Shown: one piece after another, positions 59,594 through 64,000 of the stretch
Numbering within the stretch: position 1 is the stretch's first letter
How the letters are laid out: each line of letters begins with the position of its first letter
From: Bigelowiella natans CCMP2755
Taxonomy: Eukaryota; Protista; Cercozoa
Direction of reading: 5' to 3'
Assembly (NCBI GenBank): GCA_000320545.1
Contig: ADNK01003381.1
Coordinates: 5,772-69,771 of the forward strand
DNA: 64,000 nucleotides
Position numbers and translations under genes: made by a program
The notes under the pieces: model-generated
Told to the model about the DNA's origin: nothing
Databases searched by the model: none
What the model saw: the letters and a program-made list of their open reading frames with translations, nothing else

Positions 59594-61408
59594 ATGATAG
59601 TCACCATTGAGAACTCCACTCTATTTCCTCTCCAAATTCTTGAAAACAAATTTGTTCTTCTCTTCACCCTTAACTCGCTCTCGAAACTGAGCAATCGCTT
59701 GATTTGCAGGAGCGACGTCGACCAAAAAAGGGCGCAACAGCAAAACCCATCCAGCAGCAGCGCTCACGACGGCAACGGCCTATGCATGAACAAGGATCGT
59801 GAGCAGCCAGAAGAAAGTACAGCGAAAGGGCAAATGGAAAAGCGTTCTTCTCCGAGTGATGATGAGGAACTTGTTCGCAGCAATAGAGGCGCTGCGACGG
59901 CTCACGAGCGTGCTTCTGATACTGCTGATAGGAATCGATCATCAGCGAGTTTGCTCGAGAGGCGACTGCGCAAATGCGGGTGGAAGGGGGGGACGAGAAT
60001 GAAGAATCAGGAGAGGGAGGAGAAAACCAACAGTTCTGACGGACGCGAACAGAAAGAAGAAGATGGAAACAGGAAAGAGAAGGAAAAAGAAATGAGAGAA
60101 GGAGCAGGAGGAGGAGGAGAAGGAGGAGAAAAGGCGGCACAAGCTAACAACGGCAGCAAAGTGGAGATTCGTAAGTTCTACAATGGATTTGGATTTTCAG
60201 AGCTAAAGCGATTGGTGAAGGAAAAAGGTCGGTAGTAGTGACCGGAACACCAACATGATGGCGAAAGCAGCCCCCCCCCCCCTTCCCCCCCTCCCCTGCC
60301 CCCCTCTGATTATCACCTACGCGAGGGAGCAAACTCGGTCAACTGCTGACACAGCTGGTTGCAACCCACCACCCGGCTAATCATTCACACACTTGTTTTC
60401 GTCCTTGGTCAGGATATGCCTTCCCCAAGTTTGCAAACAAAGACAGCCTCATCGAGTGCCTTGTCAACAAGGGTGGGACCGAGAAGATGTCACTGCGAAT
60501 GCTGCTGTTAACGCAATAACCACTACTACTGCTGTGCATTAGGAAAGAAGGCTCGAGGGAGGAGGAGCGTAAGCGAGTCCCTTAAATCCCCGGTAGTATC
60601 AGTAGCAGCAGTAGTAGCTAGGAGCAAGCAGTATTAGTAGCAGTATTATTATTATTATTACTAGTAGTAGTAGTAGTAGTAATAGAAGAAGAAGAAGTAG
60701 TAGGATTTATAATGGTATCGAGCTTCGCTTCCCCCCCTCCCTCCCTCCAACCCGCGCTATGACCAGTATTATATGCCCTTTCGCGACGACGACGAGGAGG
60801 GGGGGGAGGAGAGATATGAAGATGATCGTGATAGCTACGAACATTGAGAAGAGTCCTCACTCTCTTCTTTCTGTCTCCAGAAATGGAAGCTGCGACCGCT
60901 GCAAGACAAGCCCGTGAGCTCTATAGATGAGGTATTATCCTGGAAGGTTGTGTAGAAGGACAAGGGGAGGGCAAACGTCAGCCCTTTCAACAGCGAAGGC
61001 GACTATACGCATCGTAAATGAGCAGATTCGTCAATCCAGTTCTCCATTCTAGCATCAGCCGTCGCAGAGACGCCCCTTTTGAATCAATGTTCCATCATCA
61101 TTGTCATCATCAATTCTCAATACGCCATCATCCTTAGATTGACTGGACAACTGCTACTGGGTGCGAAAAGTCAGAGGTAGCTGACTGTGCTGAGAGTAGC
61201 TTTCGTTCTTGCTACTGTTACTGCTGTCGTTATTGCCGTTATTTGCTGTCGTAATCGGTTGCGAGAAGATGAGTGCCTCCCTCCTCCTCCTCCTCTGCAT
61301 TTCACAACAACAACACAATGCAGACGGGGCACGGGGGCGTGTTCTTTGTGAAGCTTCCCCAGGGCGTTGTTGTGCTCAAGACATGCGCAGGTATGCGCCA
61401 TTTGTTTC

Positions 61409-61445
<37 letters not shown>

Positions 61446-62446
61446 TAAAAAATACACATATATTCCATTTGAATTAACAATAAAGTCGAGCTCCGTGCTG
61501 TCTCTCTCTAACTCATTCGTCTTCCACTTGCAACTAACAGATATGGCCTCACAGCTGTTTGCTTCTACTATCACCTCTTGGATCGGTAGTCATGCTCCTG
61601 CACGCTGAATTCCAACACGGGTGTTAATGTGATCGTGTACGTGTGTGCGTGTGTGTGTGCGTGTGTGTGTGCGTGTGTGTGTGCGTGTGTGCGTGTTTTC
61701 CTCACGTAAGGTCTCCGGAGTGCTAAGGTTCGTCTCTTGGACACGCACACGGATGAGGTAGTGAATGTGCCAAGAGCAGAATATACGATGACCATAACTC
61801 CGTAGCTTTTATCCCTTACTTGAGACCGACTACCCATCGTCACACAAACGAAGGGCAATGGTAGTGGTGTTGTTGTATTCTATTGCAGTTATACCTGTAG
61901 TAGGAGTAGTACATCGGCCTGCAGTTCCGCTCTCTCTACACACGCATGAAGCGTATCTTCCCCCTGGCTGCGAACAAGCTTTCACGGTATCAGGAAACGG
62001 AAAGGGGAGGGGGGGGGGGGGAGTAACCGATTTCGCATAAGTAGAAGTATTAGTATCATCATAATGGAACAGACTAGTAGTCACCGGAGTGCGCCCTGCA
62101 TCAATGCACTGCCTTATGATTCCTTGTTGTCGTATATTTGTCAGGAGGCAATATAATCCTCTCCCCTGACGAGTTCAAGGTGGGGGGTAGAAGCAGCAGT
62201 TGGAGTAGAAGTAGTAGTAGGAGGAGGAGGAGGAGTCGTTGTAGTTGTTGTTGATAGTAGTTGTTGTTGATGAAAACAGTGTACCATCGTCCCCCTCCTC
62301 CTCCTCCTCCTCGTCGTCGTCGTCATACTACTATGTTGGTCTCATTTCTGTTATCCCTGGCTTGCATCATTCACTCTCTTTCTACCATAGATATGCGCGA
62401 TCGATAATGGTGCAAACTTCATCAACAACGATAGGTTGGAACATCC

Positions 62447-62488
<42 letters not shown>

Positions 62489-63466
62489 ACGTGCACGCGA
62501 GTGGACGCCTTCCTCGTTTTCTCGCTTGCGCCATTCACTCACACTTCATTTCTCCCCCCCCCCTGTCTCCCCCTCCCTATGATTAATCTCCTCGTCGCTA
62601 TCAAAACCGGATCTTAGACGGGCAAAGATGTATGTAGTACCCTTCCCAACAACAACAACAACAACGATTAACGACGATGACAACATAGACCATACAACTT
62701 CGTTTGCCAAAGGCCAAGGCTGTGGGAGAAGAACAGAAAGGGAGAGGGGGGAGAGTTTTAAGAGAGAAAGATGTATACTAGCGACAACATCAACAATAAC
62801 TTACTTCAACTACAACTACTACTACTACTATCACTGCTACTACTACTACAACCAACCACCTCCATAACGCGTATATGCAGAGGAAGCTGCTTACGCATCA
62901 TCATCACCATTGTTCGTCATCATCACTTTCACTATCATCATCATTATCATCATCATCATCATCATCATTGCTACTATCTTTCCCCCCCCCCCCCTTCCCT
63001 CCCTGCCAGATACTTTGAGGAGTGCCGGAAGGTCTTCCGACAGTTCCTTAGCAGCCCAAACACCCCGGCCAAGCAGATGGAAATGGTACGGAAAGGGGTA
63101 GGAGCAGTAGCAGTAGTAGCAGTAGCAGTGGACGGTGAAGAGAGCAAGAAGTTGTTCTTCGTATCTGTTTGATCATATCCCCAAAATGACATCTCCTACA
63201 AGGTGCGGACAATGATGCTGCGGTACACAGGATGGAGGGTGCCTGATGAGGAGTTTCTTCTGCCCATACAGCGTGGATTTGTAAGTAGCTAAAGAAGCAA
63301 TGCCAGGGAGAATTCTCTTCCAATAAGAAAAGCAGCCAAAACACGCCGCACACGTTCAGAATACATACGCGTCTATACACAGGTGTTCCGCGTGCGCGTT
63401 TTTTCCTGAAATGCAACCGATGGTGTGATGGAGAGAATGATGATGTTCAGCCTTGGTCAATCTCTC

Positions 63467-63543
<77 letters not shown>

Positions 63544-63640
63544 GTGTGTGTGGTGTCCAGCTCTCTGGTGCGAAGGAGATAGTAGAGGAGTTTGGTGACA
63601 ACTCGAGAATTCAAAGGCTGCTCGTTATTATGCAGAAAGG
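59594..63640 (+). CDS. Actin-fragmin-kinase (AFK)-like protein, multi-exon, probably continuing past the window end
   Basis: TGHGGVFFVKLPQGVVVLKT (61324-61390), MASQLFASTITSWIG|LRSAKVR, GGNIIL, ICAIDN and VRTMMLRYTGWRVPDE...IQRGF (63203-63280) follow the AFK catalytic-domain order; charged N-terminal region with a SAP-like helix pair. Confidence 0.75.
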
Positions 63641-63660
63641 TTCGGCATGATTGTAGTGCG

Positions 63661-63694
<34 letters not shown>

Positions 63695-64000
63695 AAGTTG
63701 GAAGCGAGAAGTAGTTGTTTTGAGAGGAGATGGGAAATAATTTGTGATGGTGATGGTGATGGTGATGACGATAATGATGATGGTGATGACGATGATGATA
63801 ACGATAACCGCACGCGTGGTGGAGGGGAGAAAATAGTTTTGCCACGCACGCATTTATAGATTGTCCCTTTCATACACGTTCAAGTTTCTCCCCCCCACCA
63901 CGCGTGCGGTTATCGTTATCATCATCGTCATCACCATCATCATTATCGTCATCACCATCACCATCACCATCACAAATTATTTCCGCTGCTGGGGTTATGT

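Noticed and set aside
60600-64000. Many short ORFs with poly-H/I/Y/T/E-R tracts (also 15-17 kb and 36-38 kb)
   Set aside because: Translations of intronic microsatellites, not proteins.
1-64000. tRNA, rRNA or other structured RNA genes
   Set aside because: No cloverleaf with A/B boxes or rRNA-like sequence recognised by eye; small ncRNAs could be missed without Infernal/tRNAscan.

Overview
This is intron-rich eukaryotic nuclear DNA with about 20 mostly multi-exon genes. Signal-plus-transit leaders and a fibrillin suggest a secondary-plastid alga, plausibly a chlorarachniophyte (inference). (1) An intact, very young Ty3/Gypsy LTR retrotransposon lies at 3598-9313, with identical 326-bp LTRs, a GGTG target-site duplication and one 1657-aa Gag-Pol ORF. 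Its integrase ends in what looks like a degenerate DIRS/phage-Dam-type adenine-methyltransferase fold, where chromoviruses carry a chromodomain. (2) Nine CTAG/CATG/TGCA-enriched intergenic blocks lie 3' of genes and are absent from the divergent promoters I could place; they resemble methylation-deamination scars, and the retrotransposon sits in one. (3) An unannotated beta-rich domain occurs three times, with NLS-like, SUMO-like and SAM features, next to DARPin-like variable ankyrin arrays. (4) Other genes encode an HMG-box protein, a zgc:113208-like protein, a glycine-zipper/lipase fusion, a VWD protein, DUF2358 plus fibrillin, an alpha/beta hydrolase, a HAD-like protein, a TEX264-like protein, an intronless PHB depolymerase and an actin-fragmin-kinase-like protein. 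No rRNA, tRNA or CRISPR array was found. Exon joins were read by eye, family calls come from remembered motifs rather than database searches, and multi-exon boundaries are approximate.
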